A stretch of DNA of 64,000 nt from an uncultured Anaerococcus sp. (GTDB lineage Bacteria > Bacillota > Clostridia > Tissierellales > Peptoniphilaceae), in NCBI RefSeq assembly GCF_943912385.1, contig NZ_CALTTY010000005.1:22746-86745 (forward strand), given 5' to 3'. The notes beneath the pieces are model-generated. The model did no database searches. It was not told where the DNA came from and was given only the letters and a program-made list of their open reading frames with translations. Below, in pieces: positions 61,798 to 64,000 of this stretch. How positions within the stretch are numbered: position 1 is the stretch's first letter; every line of letters starts with the position of its first letter. A program made the translations under genes and the position numbers.

Positions 61798-62433
61798 TTA
61801 TTCCTTACAAATTTCTATTGATTTGCTAGCGCCAATCCTTGATGCACCAGCTTCGATAAGGGCTAGGGCTTCATCTCTAGTATGGATGCCTCCACTTGCC
61901 TTAACCTTTGCCTTATCACCTACAGTATCTGCCATTAGTTTAACATCAGCTACAGTCGCTCCTCCTGTAGAAAAACCTGTGGATGTCTTTACAAATTGAG
62001 CTCCTGCAGCCACAGATAATTCACATGCCTTAACTTTTTCTTCTTCAGTTAAAAGCGAAGTTTCAATAATTACTTTTAATACATTATCACCAATAGCTTC
62101 TTTTATTTTCCTTATCTCATCTTTTACATAATCGTACTTGCCATCTTTAAGTCTTGCGATATTGATAACCATATCAATTTCGCTAGCCCCATCTTCTATG
62201 GCTTTTTTGGCCTCAAAAACCTTGGCGCTGGTGGCCATAGCTCCTAGGGGAAAGCCTACTACAGCTGCAATTTTTACATCCTTATCATAGTCTCTTATAA
62301 GGCTTATATTGGCTGAGTTTACACAGACTGAGTAAAAGTCATGGTCAACAGCCTCGTCTACTAATTTTTTTATATCAGAAATTTTAGCATCTGCCTTTAA
62401 ATTCGTATGGTCTATATATTGGTTTAATTTCAT
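61798..62433 (-). CDS. deoC: Deoxyribose-phosphate aldolase
   Basis: IDHTNL, VGFPLG, KVIIET, KTSTGF, KASGG. Confidence 0.96.
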   Translation of the reverse strand: MKLNQYIDHTNLKADAKISDIKKLVDEAVDHDFYSVCVNSANISLIRDYDKDVKIAAVVGFPLGAMATSAKVFEAKKAIEDGASEIDMVINIARLKDGKYDYVKDEIRKIKEAIGDNVLKVIIETSLLTEEEKVKACELSVAAGAQFVKTSTGFSTGGATVADVKLMADTVGDKAKVKASGGIHTRDEALALIEAGASRIGASKSIEICKE

Positions 62434-62446
62434 ATTTCTTCCTTCC

Positions 62447-63544
62447 TTACTCATATCTTATAAGGGCAAGGGTCATATCGTCATCCATAGACTGCCAGTT
62501 ATAAGATGAGATTTTTTCGTGAACTGCCTTAAGGCTTGGGGCGGATGAAAAAGTATCCCTAAGTCTTCCTAGGCCAAATTCATTGCCTTTTTCATTTTTT
62601 GCTTCTATAGCCCCATCCGTGAAAAATAAAATCTTATCACCTCGGCTAAGTTTTAAGCTCTTTTCTGTATACTTATCAGGCTCAATTATATTTGAAATCA
62701 TTCTCCCGTTTACAAGCAGGTAGTCTGCTTCCTTTTTATTTGCCTTAAAAATCAAAGGAGGACAATTGTGTCCGGCATTTGAAAATATAAGACTATTGTC
62801 ACTAAAGTCAAATATACCCAGCCAGGCTGTGAAGTATTGGCTTGAATCTATCTGGAGTTTGGTAAATTTTTTCCTTAAGTTTAAGAAAACCTCATTAGGA
62901 GAATAGTCCGGATGCTTATCAAAGATAGAACTCATGGTCACCTTTAAAAACATTGTCATAATAGAAGCCTTTACTCCATGGCCCATCACATCTGCTATAT
63001 AAAAGGCCGACCTATTTTCATCAATTTTTATAATGTCGTAGATATCGCCAGATACCTTGTCAGATGGGTTATATATGGCTGATAGACTAAGCTTGCCATA
63101 GGTCCTATTTTTTGGAAGGATTGATGACTGGATACGTCTTACAAAGCGGATGTCATCAAGCATGGCCTTGTTAGCATTGTATAGGTCTATTTTAAGGACT
63201 GACTCGCTTGTTATGTCCCTGTAGACTTCTATGGTCCCTGTAAAAAGATTTTCTAAATAAATAGGGCTTGACTTTATGGAATAGTATCTACCATCTATGA
63301 GCTTTTCTTCAATCATGGTAGTATTTTTTATTAGGTTATTAGTATTTGAAATTATGAGATCGATATTTTCATCCAGATAAGCCTTAAGCTTGGGACTTTT
63401 TTCGAGGGCTTCTTTTAGGGCATCATTAATAAAGGCCACCTTGCCCCTATCATCAACAATCCTAACCCAATCTTCCATGGAATTAAGGATAAAAAAATTC
63501 ATATTTTCTTGTAAATTATGATTTTTTTCAAAAGATTTGCCCAT
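62447..63544 (-). CDS. PAS-like domain plus SpoIIE/RsbU-type PP2C phosphatase
   Basis: [26 protein letters not shown]. Confidence 0.88.
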   Translation of the reverse strand: MGKSFEKNHNLQENMNFFILNSMEDWVRIVDDRGKVAFINDALKEALEKSPKLKAYLDENIDLIISNTNNLIKNTTMIEEKLIDGRYYSIKSSPIYLENLFTGTIEVYRDITSESVLKIDLYNANKAMLDDIRFVRRIQSSILPKNRTYGKLSLSAIYNPSDKVSGDIYDIIKIDENRSAFYIADVMGHGVKASIMTMFLKVTMSSIFDKHPDYSPNEVFLNLRKKFTKLQIDSSQYFTAWLGIFDFSDNSLIFSNAGHNCPPLIFKANKKEADYLLVNGRMISNIIEPDKYTEKSLKLSRGDKILFFTDGAIEAKNEKGNEFGLGRLRDTFSSAPSLKAVHEKISSYNWQSMDDDMTLALIRYE

Positions 63545-63768
63545 GAAAACCCCTTTAATGTCTTTATAATAACTATATCATTTTAATATACTAATTCAAT
63601 CTGCTTTGTTATGATTTTTAATTAACCTTTTCTAAAAATTTAATGACTAACCCAATAGGTTTTAGCTATAATAATAAAAAAACACCCCCGTCAGGGAGTG
63701 TCCTTTATTTAAATTATAATCTAAATAAATCATAAGCCCACAGCCGCGAATTTTGGGCTTAACTTAAC

Positions 63769-64000
63769 TTAAACTAGTTCGATTATAGCACGTTCTGAGC
63801 CGTCGCCTCTTCTAGGTCCTAGTTTCAGTATTCTTGTATAACCACCATTTCTGTCTTCGTATTCTGGTGCGATTTCAGAAAACAGTTTTTGTACAAGTTC
63901 TGGTTCATATAGATAGCTTGCTGCTTGTCTTCTTGTGTGAAGTGTATTTTTCTTTCCTAGAGTAATCATTTTTTCTGCCATTTTTTGGCATTCTTTAGCT
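63769..64000 (-). CDS. rplQ: 50S ribosomal protein L17 (3' part; start outside the window)
   Basis: [25 protein letters not shown]. Confidence 0.96.
   Translation of the reverse strand, partial: AKECQKMAEKMITLGKKNTLHTRRQAASYLYEPELVQKLFSEIAPEYEDRNGGYTRILKLGPRRGDGSERAIIELV

Overview
A low-GC Firmicutes chromosome segment. Gene content and style resemble an anaerobic coccus of the Anaerococcus/Peptoniphilaceae group (my inference, not verified). Almost all genes are on the minus strand. Core content: a GH33 sialidase with an Opp-type ABC importer, pepT, a MacB-like ABC module, ileS (type 2, with a swapped GIHH motif), a T-box-controlled methionine cluster (metY-metA; amidohydrolase-metNI and three metQ), hydG-hydF, a uracil permease, arcA, guaA, the conserved nfeD-floA-phoH-ybeY-dgkA-cdd-era-recO-glyQS operon, gdh, a large CoA-activase protein, rnhA, an alpha-amylase, deoC and partial rplQ. 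The accessory part is an AT-rich island of about 6 kb (about 31450-37570) directly after the guaA 3' end. It holds a HEPN-motif ORF, a Cro/C1 regulator broken by a nonsense codon, an HpaII-like type II restriction-modification (RM) pair, a fused ABC-ATPase/TOPRIM (PARIS/OLD-like) gene and a cas-less, leader-bearing, single-spacer type I-E-like CRISPR mini-array. Other notable signals are a candidate attenuator/riboswitch ahead of arcA, a palindromic MITE-like element that duplicated a terminator, an AUU start for phoH and a homopolymer frameshift. All calls come from reading the sequence; no database searches were run.
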